Shown in pieces: positions 9,178-19,616 of a stretch of DNA of 64,000 nt. The stretch lies in assembly GCA_048013815.1 (NCBI GenBank), contig CM106585.1, positions 17,732,001-17,796,000 on the forward strand, written 5' to 3'. Each line of letters starts with the position of its first letter. The first letter of the stretch is position 1. The stretch comes from Setoptus koraiensis. Its lineage: Eukaryota > Animalia > Arthropoda. Made by a program: the position numbers and the translations under genes. The notes beneath the pieces are model-generated. The model was given only the letters and a program-made list of their open reading frames with translations, was not told the DNA's origin and made no database searches.

Positions 9178-10308
9178 CTAGGTTTTTTTTTTCTTGATCG
9201 ACTGCGACGATCTTCGGCCCAGCGAGCTCTTCGGAGTGGCGGAAGTACCTGAGCTGGCTGGGCCACCGATGGGGTGGCGCTTAAGATAATCTTCGCCTTT
9301 TGCTATGCTCACTTTCAATTCTTCCACTGCTTTCGGCAGCATTTGTTGTTCGTATTCGCTGAGCTTGCCCAATCCCAAATTCTTTGACACACCGTTTGGA
9401 CCCAGTTGCAGCGGCGTTGAAAAATAACTAACGCCCGGCACTACGTCTGATCTAACGTAAGCACACTCGACGATGTTGCTTTCGTTTCTCAATCCTTTCA
9501 ATAATGACACAACAAATCTGGCGCCCGCATACGCCATAGCCAGTGTTGCTGTACCAGTGCCGGCTTTGGCCTCCAGAACATGGATGCCAGCCTCTTGGAT
9601 GTTCTTGGTTGTTTTTTCCACGAGTGCCTGATCGCCTAATGCTGCCTGAGGTATTGCAGGCGTCGCTTGAGACAGCAACGGCATAATGGTGATTCCAGCA
9701 TGACCGCCAACTACGGGTAAATTCACTGTTTGCGGGTCTATCGGTGGCTTGAACATGTCTCGAGCCACAAATGTGCTGGCTCTAACTACGTCTAACGTGC
9801 AAACACCAAATATCCGATTTGGGTCATAGCAGTTCATTTTTTTGTAAACCTCGCTCACCAGAGGCACCAATGAGTTGACAGGATTTGAAATGATGGCCAT
9901 GAGGGATTTTGGTGCGTGTTCCGCGCAAACTTTTGCAATATCCACAATTATCTTTGCGTTCATGTCAAACAAATCGTCTCGTGTTTGGCCAGGTTTCTGG
10001 GGTCGACCGGCCGGTATAATAATAATGTGGGAATCTTTGACACAATCGGCCAATTCTTGTCCCTGGTGAGCGGTCACTTTGCAAAATTGATTGACATGAC
10101 TTAGGTCGGCAACAACGCCAGGACAATTGACCACGTCATACATTGCCAAATGCGAAATGTATACGGATTGACATTTTAGCAGCAACGACAATGGCTGACC
10201 AATACCTCCGGCCGCTCCAATCACGGCCACTTTGGCTCCATATTTATTTATGTCTGGCGGATTGGCCCAGTCGTTGCCGGTGCCAATCTGACTAGATGCC
10301 TTGGGCAT
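9178..10308 (-). CDS. Mdh2: Mitochondrial-type malate dehydrogenase paralog with an altered substrate loop
   Basis: KVAVIGAAGGIGQPLSLLLK, ISNPVN, TLDVVRA, VVGGHAG and ATLAMAYAGARF are MDH2 family motifs. Likely ATG at 10308. The loop reads PAGRPQKPGQTRDDLF against canonical PAGVPRKPGMTRDDLF. Confidence 0.95.
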   Translation of the reverse strand: MPKASSQIGTGNDWANPPDINKYGAKVAVIGAAGGIGQPLSLLLKCQSVYISHLAMYDVVNCPGVVADLSHVNQFCKVTAHQGQELADCVKDSHIIIIPAGRPQKPGQTRDDLFDMNAKIIVDIAKVCAEHAPKSLMAIISNPVNSLVPLVSEVYKKMNCYDPNRIFGVCTLDVVRASTFVARDMFKPPIDPQTVNLPVVGGHAGITIMPLLSQATPAIPQAALGDQALVEKTTKNIQEAGIHVLEAKAGTGTATLAMAYAGARFVVSLLKGLRNESNIVECAYVRSDVVPGVSYFSTPLQLGPNGVSKNLGLGKLSEYEQQMLPKAVEELKVSIAKGEDYLKRHPIGGPASSGTSATPKSSLGRRSSQSIKKKKT

Positions 10309-11027
10309 TTCGGTGGTGGAATCGTCGACCTGAATGTTGCGAACTTTCGTTTGACAACAATAGTAAAAGGATATCTCTGTAGCAAAGAGATACAATTGGA
10401 ATATAATTTTCAGTTGTATTCAGTTTTGATCGCAACTCGAAAAGATTGCAGTTGCTAGTCAATTGTGTGAGAGCACATCGCATTTCATCAGCAATGATTA
10501 TCTCGCGCAAGCAGTAGGCGACGTCAGGTGAATTGAGCATCTTATATGATAGATAGGCATTATAACAGCATTGTATAGAGCATCAGCAAAAGATTGCCGA
10601 AATCAAAAATCACGCGCCTGTTCATCAAATGGGCGCTTTATGTCCATTTGTTATCATAATGGTTTTTCCGAAAAAATCCAACTAACCACATTCAATTAGA
10701 AATTGTGCACGGCGACCTCTTTAAATATATCCATTGGAGCTTAAAAAAATAAATAATCCTGGCAATTTATTTCGAAGCCTCTCTACTCAGTGTTAGTGGA
10801 GTCCAGTACTGTAGCTTCGACTGTTGTTCCCATCATCTTCGATCGTTTGTCAATCGATAAATTTTTTCATGTAACTGCCAAACAGTTTTTCGGGACCAGC
10901 TCAACCTCAAGTACAGTATTATCCGATGATAGAATAAGGCAATTTGCAGTTGTAGAAGCAGATACCCCATAGAGGAGCTTTCAAGATTGCTCAAAATACA
11001 ACAGTTATTAGTAGGTCCCTTTGGATA

Positions 11028-12617
11028 GTGCCAACGTTTGTTGCCACATCCTGGATCCTAGTAGTCGGGTGTTTCTTTTTTAAATTTTATCGCAAACCGA
11101 AACAAGCGGATTTAGTAATACCACGTGTTTATGTTTTATGTGCACCAACAAATGTTCAGCGCACCTATGAAATGATACTTAGAGTTGGCATGCCGTCAAA
11201 AGATTATGAGGTTGGCAAAAATGAGCTAGACGTTTCTCTATTAGGTGGACCAAACAAAGAGTTGTTGCCGGTAACAAGAGTTGGCCCATTAGATTTGCCC
11301 GGTAACTTATTAGTGTCCCCTTGCTATTTAATAATGCACAGATTGACGCCTTTACCAGAAGTGAAAACAATATTGATATCACATACGGGAATCTCAACCG
11401 CTTCCCTTTACTGTTATGATTTGGAAATTTTTGAGCCGGCCACTGGTGAGAGACACTTGTTTGCCATTAACACTTGTATATCGTGTGTAAGCACTGAACT
11501 GCCACTGAAAGAAATTACAGATAAAGGGAAAAATCCTCGCTATCCGATATCTGATGTACCTTATCCATCAATTGACACATATGAGTTTTTAGTGAGCTGG
11601 GTACTAAATATCTCTTGTATACACCTTTCGGTTGTTCTCGTACACGATATGGAGTCTCTCAAGCATATGACACTGACTCATCACATTATTGTAGCTTCTA
11701 TCGCTGCGTTTATATCAACTGTTGTATTGATGGTTTATTTAGTACTGTTGAGAACTTATGTAAAACGGAACGAACTACGAGACACGTATTATGAGGAAAT
11801 AGTTAATGGTAAATGGTACTACATAAGAATGTGTGTAAATATTACAGTTGGTTTTTTAGCAGCAATTTTAACTATACTTGGTATTAATTCTTATTTCAAT
11901 GGTGCATCGACTCACATGGATCAAATTGATGAAGGCGAATCTACGCATACACACGAACTTTATATTATTCTCACTGAGATGTTGGCTGCTGAGATAATTG
12001 CATTTGTTTGGTCAATCGTTTCACTGACTACTTGCTACTCGATGCAATTGCCCGATTTCGGTCAGTTAATTTCAGTGAAGAATATAGCGGCAGATAAAGC
12101 CGCAAATGCATTAGGTTCTAACATGGAAGGAACTTTGTCAAGTGGAGCAAGTGATCTGAAAGGAAAGAAATTGATCTCACCGATATCGAGCCTAACAACT
12201 TTCAAAACTCTATTTGAGGCACCCGCGCCTAAAAAAACCGTTGCGGCTACGCAAAGTAGGCCGGCTAATATGGTTGCGCAGCCACAAGTAAAAAACATAA
12301 TTGGCCCCCAAAATTCCCCAGAAACTCATCCAGATCAAACAACAACCAGCCCAGAGAAGGCCCATGATGGACCAACAACAGATGAACCACGTGTTGCTGC
12401 TGATACTCAGAGAAAAACTGTCATAATTCACGAAAGTCATGACAAAGGTGAGGCACACACTGCTAAATCGCCGTCCAAGTTGCCCATTATGAAAGTCGCA
12501 AAAGGCATCGCGCAAAGACAAAACTCAGTATCGAAATCTCGTGCAAGCACCAGGCTAAAAACCCCAAAAATGGCAAATATCCAAGTGAATGCTAAAATAC
12601 TTAGCAAGTCTCATTAA
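11028..12617 (+). CDS. Multi-pass membrane protein with TM - PLAT/LH2-like domain - several TMs (polycystin-1-like order); 5' end incomplete
   Basis: The frame is open from 10956 with no ATG before the first TM, so an upstream exon is likely. TM WIVPTFVATSWILVVGCFFF is followed by YEMILRVG...LDVSLLG...VKTILISHTG...LYCYDLEIFEPATGERHLF, which matches PLAT strand motifs. Then 3-4 hydrophobic helices and a basic disordered tail. Confidence 0.6.
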   Translation: MPTFVATSWILVVGCFFFKFYRKPKQADLVIPRVYVLCAPTNVQRTYEMILRVGMPSKDYEVGKNELDVSLLGGPNKELLPVTRVGPLDLPGNLLVSPCYLIMHRLTPLPEVKTILISHTGISTASLYCYDLEIFEPATGERHLFAINTCISCVSTELPLKEITDKGKNPRYPISDVPYPSIDTYEFLVSWVLNISCIHLSVVLVHDMESLKHMTLTHHIIVASIAAFISTVVLMVYLVLLRTYVKRNELRDTYYEEIVNGKWYYIRMCVNITVGFLAAILTILGINSYFNGASTHMDQIDEGESTHTHELYIILTEMLAAEIIAFVWSIVSLTTCYSMQLPDFGQLISVKNIAADKAANALGSNMEGTLSSGASDLKGKKLISPISSLTTFKTLFEAPAPKKTVAATQSRPANMVAQPQVKNIIGPQNSPETHPDQTTTSPEKAHDGPTTDEPRVAADTQRKTVIIHESHDKGEAHTAKSPSKLPIMKVAKGIAQRQNSVSKSRASTRLKTPKMANIQVNAKILSKSH

Positions 12618-13122
12618 ATGTGACCTTGTTACGATGAGTAAATTTTAGTTATGTGAAATGAAAGTGTGTAAAGAATTGTTGCCATTATCAATTGACGCTA
12701 GGTGAAGCATTTTGCTCGAACCACAAAGTGAAAAACTGTTTTTTCCGATTATAAGCAAGGACCAAAATTTTTTTTGCAACTTCCAGTGGCATCAACTTTC
12801 ATCCAATAGCGTCGGCTGCTTGGATTGAATGACAATGATCTAGTAAATATCTAGTAGAAGCAAGTTTCTCTATTCTTGTGAATCGTGAGAATCGTTTTTT
12901 GATTCACCACACTGATGCGAAAAATGATGATTCATTATATTGATGTTAGGATGAACTGCGTGCTTCTAACAATACAGGAACATCAGCTCGAGACTCCGAA
13001 GACCCACATCGTTTGCCCCTGCGTATGCTATCTGGTGTGACCTGGGTGCACAGTTTTTTTTCAGTCTCTATTTTTTACCGCCTCCTGTTCTTAGCGGAAA
13101 AAAACCGTTTTCTGGCCATCCA

Positions 13123-13647
13123 ATGCATCATAGACGCCCAGTAACAATGTCAGGATTCAAAACTTTTACATTACCAAAGAGCTCATCACCGTCACCAAGC
13201 TCATCAAGTTCGTTGCTAAGTCGCTCATCAACGTCAAGTTATTCTCCAACTTCATCGGCTAGTTCGACATCTTCTTCGTCGAGCGATGTGAAAAAAGTTA
13301 ACGATAAGTCGGATAAATTGTCGCGCCTGCTTAAGCAAAATGTAAGAAAATCTCATCACAGAAAGGCCGTTCTAGATGCTTTGAAAGACAAAGCTTGGTT
13401 ATTGGACGACCAGGTTAAAATGTTTATGAAAGAAACAGCCGATCTAAAAGAATCATTTGCTAGGAGATCATGGAAACGAATAGTATGTATCAGCATGATT
13501 GCACTAGCGCTAGTTTATATTGCACTAAGCGTTCCAGATATGATTAGATGGCTATTCAATTCCAGGAATTATGAAAACGGAATCAATGATCCCTCTATGA
13601 GAGGCCGCTTCTATGTGAAACCATCTGGTCAATTCGGTCGCTACTAG
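13123..13647 (+). CDS. Divergent synaptobrevin/VAMP-like R-SNARE
   Basis: LSRLLKQNVRKSHHRKAVLDALKDKAWLLDDQVKMFMKETADLK parallels the VAMP motif (IMRxNVxKVLERxxKLxELxDRAxxLxxxASQF) with the zero-layer Arg kept. C-terminal TM; Ser-rich N-terminus. Confidence 0.75.
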   Translation: MHHRRPVTMSGFKTFTLPKSSSPSPSSSSSLLSRSSTSSYSPTSSASSTSSSSSDVKKVNDKSDKLSRLLKQNVRKSHHRKAVLDALKDKAWLLDDQVKMFMKETADLKESFARRSWKRIVCISMIALALVYIALSVPDMIRWLFNSRNYENGINDPSMRGRFYVKPSGQFGRY

Positions 13648-14124
13648 AATGTATATCTCAACTCACACTTCGACAAACTCACAATTACCACATTTGCTTT
13701 ATTCATAGCAGAATTCTCATTATGCCAAACGATGGGACCGATCAACATTGCAAAATTTGTTCATTGTCCTTAGAGAAAACACCAAAGTGTCTTCGAACAA
13801 TGCTACTGACGATTGCCCTAACAGCGATTAGCCTGTGATAGCTTGCCTCTTCCATAGATGTTCAAAAACTTCTCCAGGTAGCGTTGCATCGTTCCTTGCT
13901 AGCGAGAGCTTTGACAAGCAGCAATAATCTAGAGGCAAGAACGAATCGTTGTTTACATTTCCAATCGGATTGCACAATCAGCAGGAGATTCTCCTTAATT
14001 TGTGCAATTCATTCGTTTTTATGTACAATAATTCACCTGAAGCTCACCGATTGAACTATAACCAGAATACCTTTTATTTTGGTCCCAATAAATAAATGCT
14101 ATATGTACGAAACGAAGCTTTTGT

Positions 14125-14877
14125 TCAAACAATTTCATCGAATTTGATTTTACTAAATGTGGTAATAATGTCAAACTGTGCAACATCTGCTGGTAGATAG
14201 GTTTTCTTTTCTCGTCTAACCAGAATTACTTTGAAGCCAACGTTTTTTGCCGATCTCGCCTCTTTTGCGTCGTCAGTAAAAAACACAATATTAGCTGGTG
14301 CAACTGCGATCGATTGTGCAATACGATGATAGGTATCTGGTGTAGTTTTTGCCCCAATTTTACTGTCAAAATGTCCGTCGATTAGTTGTAATAGACTACC
14401 ATAGATTGTGCAGGAAAACATTAACATTTGCACATCGGCACGAGCCGAGGAATAGATATAAATGGAAATTCTATCTTCGATTCGCCAGCGATACATCATT
14501 TCGGCGACATCTTTGAAAACGTGTGTCTTTAGTACACCCCTTGCCTGGCCATCTATCCAAACGTACATTTGTAAATACAGCATCGCAATAGTTGTGATAT
14601 TGTTTCGCAATAGAAAATCTATATGAATCAAAACGGACCTTTGCACTTCTATTTGTGCACGATCGTCATCCAATATCTTCGGCACATCTTGATTAAAGGC
14701 CTGCTGTCGTAAATCCTTGACAATTGATTGTACATGCTCTTCACCCCAGTGAGCTTTTACATAAGACTCTAGATTATTTCTAATGTATGGTGAGACAGAT
14801 GATGGATAATAATCGACCGATGTGGTAGTGCCTTCAATGTCCAGCAAGATGGCCTTAGGTTTTTTCATTCTGATCAT
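14125..14877 (-). CDS. ENOPH1: Enolase-phosphatase E1 (HAD family, methionine salvage), catalytic motifs retained
   Basis: LLDIEGTTT (motif I), YIYSS (II), FDSKIGAK (III Lys), FFTDD (IV). Confidence 0.9.
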   Translation of the reverse strand: MIRMKKPKAILLDIEGTTTSVDYYPSSVSPYIRNNLESYVKAHWGEEHVQSIVKDLRQQAFNQDVPKILDDDRAQIEVQRSVLIHIDFLLRNNITTIAMLYLQMYVWIDGQARGVLKTHVFKDVAEMMYRWRIEDRISIYIYSSARADVQMLMFSCTIYGSLLQLIDGHFDSKIGAKTTPDTYHRIAQSIAVAPANIVFFTDDAKEARSAKNVGFKVILVRREKKTYLPADVAQFDIITTFSKIKFDEIV

Positions 14878-15840
14878 TGTGAATTGGTAAGTATTATTAT
14901 GATAGGGTTTATGAAAAGTATCAAATATTCAGAGTGTCAAAAATACGTTTATCGCTGTCTAACGCGATTTATGAAATCTGTGATCTTATCTCTCTTGCAC
15001 ATGAACTACATCATCATCATATTGAGTCTATATTTGATCACATTCTCCATCCTCGTGCTATCCTTCCAGATATTCAAATAATGTTCTACATCGTAAAGCA
15101 TTATTTGCGTTGAATCGAAGCTGAATTGTATTGCAGCGATTCAGAGATTCTGGGTAGGAATGACCGTGCAGCTTCGGTATATTCTAGTTCACTATTGAAA
15201 GCCAAACCACAACAGAGTAAAACGCCATAGAACCTTAGATTGAACTCTTTTGCTCCTTAATCGGTTCCCTTTGGTCCGAACGTGCGAACTGCAATTTTTC
15301 TAGATCTTTTTGATTGATATGATTGATTTAAAATTCCGTCAAAATCTTTTCACGGGTGCTTCTGCAATGAAAGGACAGTTTCACTCTAGCGAAAAACAAT
15401 TCGAGAGATTAGATAATTTTAAGATAATATAATAATGTGCTTTTCGGCCCGAATGTACCAACTGGATGGCCTTATCCCATCCGGTAGGTCCTCCAGTTTG
15501 GCAATGAAGGCAATGAACATTTACGGGTATGGTGATGATTTTCAGCCTCCATGAAAGGCTCGAGTATCCATCATGCTGAAATATGGACGCATCCTAATGT
15601 AGAAGCTCCAACTCATCGAAAATAGTCTTCCAAAGTATATCGATGTAGCTTGCTGGCTCATCGAATGGAACGAGTCAATGACGACTATCTATAAATAGGC
15701 GTATCTTAGAATAGAATCTATGAGAGCCCCATTCAGCCAATCATCAGAAAGTCTTCCCACCGTTGATTGATAATTGATTGAAGACGAAACGATAACTGAA
15801 GTTCTTGCCAACCTAACAATAGATAGATCCCAACATTAAT

Positions 15841-16785
15841 ATGAAAAATATGCATCCGAAACTGTTTGGTTCCATCTTTTTTATATGTTTTGTCGCAATC
15901 GATGTTGCTCTAGTGAAATCAACAGAAATAGATGAGCAGAGTACAAGATCTGTGAAAGAATTGATTCTACGTTATGATAAACCCGGAACATTCCGCAAAG
16001 ATGTCTCGACTAAGCTGAGAAGAGTTCAAACACCGGTCAAGTCGGTCGAAGACTCTGCACCAATATCGGTCGAAGACTCTGCACCAAAATCGGTCGAGGA
16101 CTCTGCACCGATATCGGTCGAAAACTCTGCACCAAAATCGGTAGAGGACTCTGCACCGATATCGATCGAAAACTCTGCACCGATATCGGTCGAAAACTCT
16201 GCCCCGATATCGCCCGAGTCCATAAGAGCTGAAGCATTCAAGTTGGTATCCGATTTAAATGATCTTACAGAACAAATAGAACAAAGCAAGGAATTAATGT
16301 CGAAAGAAGACATTCATTATGGTAGATATTTAGACTTGGTTGATCGATTGAGACAAAAGCTCGCCAATGCCCCAAAAGAACTTCCTGTGCATTACAAAAA
16401 ATTTTTGACTAAACAAATGAGAGACTCCGAGCAGATGAAAGAGTGTGGCCGACTAATGAAATCCGTTGTAGAACTAGAGAAATCAGGCATCAATAGTGAA
16501 TCGACAATTCTAGAATGGGACAAGATGATCATGAGAATATTAGAGCTGAGTCCACAAACAAACAGAATCTGCAAGTGTCCACCGAGTGTCAAACTGTTTT
16601 TAGAGGACAAGAACAGATGTGCAAAGAGCGACCTGAGAAAAAATTTCGTCAAACAAGCTCTCGAACTAGTGAGATCAAAGAACGGAGGAGAAATCGCCAA
16701 GGCAAAATCGACCATTTCCACTACAATCGGCAGATGTCGAAAAGCAAATGTCCCCGTGCCGGCATGGTTTACACGAATATACTGA
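15841..16785 (+). CDS. Secreted orphan protein, 314 aa, with 8-aa repeats
   Basis: N-terminal signal-like segment KLFGSIFFICFVAIDVALVKS, (K/I)SVE(D/N)SAP repeats and a helical, charged C-terminal half. Confidence 0.8.
   Translation: MKNMHPKLFGSIFFICFVAIDVALVKSTEIDEQSTRSVKELILRYDKPGTFRKDVSTKLRRVQTPVKSVEDSAPISVEDSAPKSVEDSAPISVENSAPKSVEDSAPISIENSAPISVENSAPISPESIRAEAFKLVSDLNDLTEQIEQSKELMSKEDIHYGRYLDLVDRLRQKLANAPKELPVHYKKFLTKQMRDSEQMKECGRLMKSVVELEKSGINSESTILEWDKMIMRILELSPQTNRICKCPPSVKLFLEDKNRCAKSDLRKNFVKQALELVRSKNGGEIAKAKSTISTTIGRCRKANVPVPAWFTRIY
16038..16213 (+). repeat. 24-bp coding tandem repeat, ~7 copies
   Basis: TCGGTCGAAGACTCTGCACC(A/G)A(T/A)A-type units encoding SVEDSAPI/K. Confidence 0.95.
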
Positions 16786-16925
16786 ATGCAACTCTTGACG
16801 ACAGAATCAGTCCAGAATATTGCAGCAGAGAATAAGAGAGATTAGTCAGAAAACATCCTCGATGTCACTGTTCGCAACTGATATAGATCAAAATAAATTG
16901 TAATTTAACATGGCACAAATTCACG

Positions 16926-19616
16926 TCATAAGGCCATCCTTAAATCATTGATGAATGTTGTCCAAAAGGTTGACGCTCCCGTCATATCAGATGATATACG
17001 ACTCTTTCGAACAATTAATGAACGTTCCTCCGGAGTGGCGCCTAGAAGAGAATCCTCATCCTCGGTTTCGGAGTTATTTAGCGAGGCATCCCGTATCTGC
17101 CAGTATTCGTTGAATGTGTGCCCTGTTCCATAGCCAAGATCTTGGTCACTCAATTTTTGTTTTTTGTAATCTTGTAAGTTTTCATTCACTTGCCTATCTA
17201 AAATAATTTTACTATTGCAAATAATACACTTGTTAAAAAGTGACTCTTCGAAACATTGAAAACAATAGATTGCGTTGCATTCTATAGTTCCATTACTTTG
17301 GCCTTGTGTTAACTCAGAACATTTTATGAAATCATTCTGATCTTCTACCGATTTGAGGCTACATCTTTGTCCGCATACAATACAACCAATGCCCTCTGGA
17401 AACAACCCCATGCTTTTGAGTAGGTTAAATACAAATTTCGGACAGCAAGTCCTACTGAGATAACTTGCTAGATTCTCGTCGTAATTAGTATTATCACCTT
17501 CTTTTGGTGATCTGTCAGCATACAAACGACCCAATGGGTCTCTAGCTCCCTCGAAGAAGTCTGCATTTTTTGGTTTATTGACCATGGGTATCGCTCTAGT
17601 GATTAGGCCTCTCGACAGTTTCTCTCGTAAAAGTTTCTGGTACAAGTAAACTGCACGCTCTTTAGCTTTGTGAGGATAGTATAACGAGGCAATACAATGG
17701 CGAGATCGAAGTGTATAAGCTTCGGCTATGACTGTCAGGAGCGTAAATAAAGCAAAGTAGCCGATGCATTGATAGGTAGTGAAGTCGGGCTGTCTTATTT
17801 TCGGCAAGCAATCACTAAGGGCACTGTTATAGCTAGTCTGGTTTGGTAAACTACCAGCAATTGTTTTACCTAAGCGAATGTAAAAATTGGTCAATCTTGT
17901 CTGATTGTTAATTTTTGCCATTTGTTGCTGATGGTGCCTAGCTAAAATTTGTTCATGCAAAAGCGAATTCGCATGATCATCACTCCGATGGAGCTCGGTC
18001 TCTACGAGCAACTCCTTCGCCAAGATGCTCTTAAGTGTTTCTAGAATAAAGTTACACAGTTGGAATAATAGATAATCAAGGCTTAGATAGAATGTTATGT
18101 AGTTGAATATACAAAACCAGACTGTTCCTGCTATGCACAATTTATGAACTTCATCATCAGTCATGGCTAGATCTAGGGGGCGTCTATAGTGGCTCCTCTG
18201 TAGTAGATTCAGCGGCAAAACTGTACGCAAACCGAGCTCAGTTCTTCGCCGCTCTATGTCGTAGATATAATTATCTATGTACATGTTGTCAAATTCTAGA
18301 TCAGACTTAAATCTCATATAGTAAAAGGTAGATCGCGATAATATCCATATTGTGATTATGAGACTCAAGAAGGAGAATATATTGCCGAATATTCTCAGCC
18401 AGGCGAATTTATCCGAAATATCTTGACGAATCTCTGTGAAAACCAGTTTGTACTTTTTTGATTTCTCTTTCTTGTAGCGATATTGATGGTCCAGATTTAT
18501 CTTACAATACAGTTCCTCTTTGACGACAGCAATCATTTTGTCCAATTCTGGCTCGATGTTCTTCTCGTATATATCAACTATCTTTGCTGGCAATGCGCAA
18601 ACAACATTGGACACTTTGGCCAAATAACAAGTCTGTTTGATTGGCACAACCAATTGACAAATGAAGCTAAACACTGAGCCAAGTTTGATCTCGCAATCTT
18701 CAATGCAATATTGGAACATCCTATTACAGTTGTCGAACGGTTCATTTTGTTTCGCATTACAAATATCTAAAATTCTTTTGAGCCATAGAAACATACGCTG
18801 AAGTGAGTTAGCAACAATCATGAAGTTTTCGCGCAATTCATCCAGGACTCTCATTAGTGATTCGACAAACTCTCTTATAATGTGCTCCAAGTTTATTATT
18901 ATGTCATCAAGGGCCAAAATTGTATCTAATACATTCTCATCTAAATATTCTTTGCCGCGTACAATGAGATAGCGCTTACTACATTCCAGTGTCTCATGCA
19001 GTTCTCTTATGTTTGTTTGGGTATTCTTTACGGGGCCATTGACGAGCATGGCTAAAACGAAACATATCACTAACGATCGGCCACGATTCGTAAATAACAA
19101 TGGTAGCGCCAACATCAAAATGCAACGAAATTTTCTTGATCTCTCCAAAACAAGTGCAATAAACAAGGTTAGTGAAGATATTAGTGTCAATGAAGTGACT
19201 GTATGGTGCTTAACTAGCACAAAATAGATGAACGTACAACAAATCACACCAAAAATTATGCCAGCATAATAATCTATTAGTTTGTAACGTTTCTCCAATT
19301 TTTTGTTGCGCTCTAATCGCAATTGTTTCATGAGCCTCTGTCGCTTTTTATAATCTTCGAGCAACTCCTTGCTCTTAGGTCGCATCAATTCCCTTTCGCG
19401 ATCATCTTCTTGTTCAAATGTGTCTAAAGATATAAGACAGCAAGTGAGTGTCTTAATTAAGCATCCCATGAGACACGGCACCACTCGTTTAATGCATTGC
19501 AAAATGACACTATACACAAGGAAAATCCATCGGAATCTTGGATCTTGACTTGCATATTGAATTGCTAGTTTTTTCGCTTGATCCTTTCTGGTGGGCCTAC
19601 GTTCTCCTTCGGCCAT
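16926..19616 (-). CDS. DCST2: DC-STAMP domain protein 2 (DCST2 / SPE-42-like), intronless, with C-terminal C4C4 RING-like finger
   Basis: RGRSLV...NGPVKNT, WLKRILDICN...EPFDNCNRMF, FDNMYID...GLRTVLPL and AYTLRSRHCIASLYYPHKAKER match DCST2-type motifs. CIVC...C...CNAIYCFQC...KCIIC finger. ATG at 19616 (the track's 19664 is TTG). Confidence 0.88.
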   Translation of the reverse strand: MAEGERRPTRKDQAKKLAIQYASQDPRFRWIFLVYSVILQCIKRVVPCLMGCLIKTLTCCLISLDTFEQEDDRERELMRPKSKELLEDYKKRQRLMKQLRLERNKKLEKRYKLIDYYAGIIFGVICCTFIYFVLVKHHTVTSLTLISSLTLFIALVLERSRKFRCILMLALPLLFTNRGRSLVICFVLAMLVNGPVKNTQTNIRELHETLECSKRYLIVRGKEYLDENVLDTILALDDIIINLEHIIREFVESLMRVLDELRENFMIVANSLQRMFLWLKRILDICNAKQNEPFDNCNRMFQYCIEDCEIKLGSVFSFICQLVVPIKQTCYLAKVSNVVCALPAKIVDIYEKNIEPELDKMIAVVKEELYCKINLDHQYRYKKEKSKKYKLVFTEIRQDISDKFAWLRIFGNIFSFLSLIITIWILSRSTFYYMRFKSDLEFDNMYIDNYIYDIERRRTELGLRTVLPLNLLQRSHYRRPLDLAMTDDEVHKLCIAGTVWFCIFNYITFYLSLDYLLFQLCNFILETLKSILAKELLVETELHRSDDHANSLLHEQILARHHQQQMAKINNQTRLTNFYIRLGKTIAGSLPNQTSYNSALSDCLPKIRQPDFTTYQCIGYFALFTLLTVIAEAYTLRSRHCIASLYYPHKAKERAVYLYQKLLREKLSRGLITRAIPMVNKPKNADFFEGARDPLGRLYADRSPKEGDNTNYDENLASYLSRTCCPKFVFNLLKSMGLFPEGIGCIVCGQRCSLKSVEDQNDFIKCSELTQGQSNGTIECNAIYCFQCFEESLFNKCIICNSKIILDRQVNENLQDYKKQKLSDQDLGYGTGHTFNEYWQIRDASLNNSETEDEDSLLGATPEERSLIVRKSRISSDMTGASTFWTTFINDLRMAL

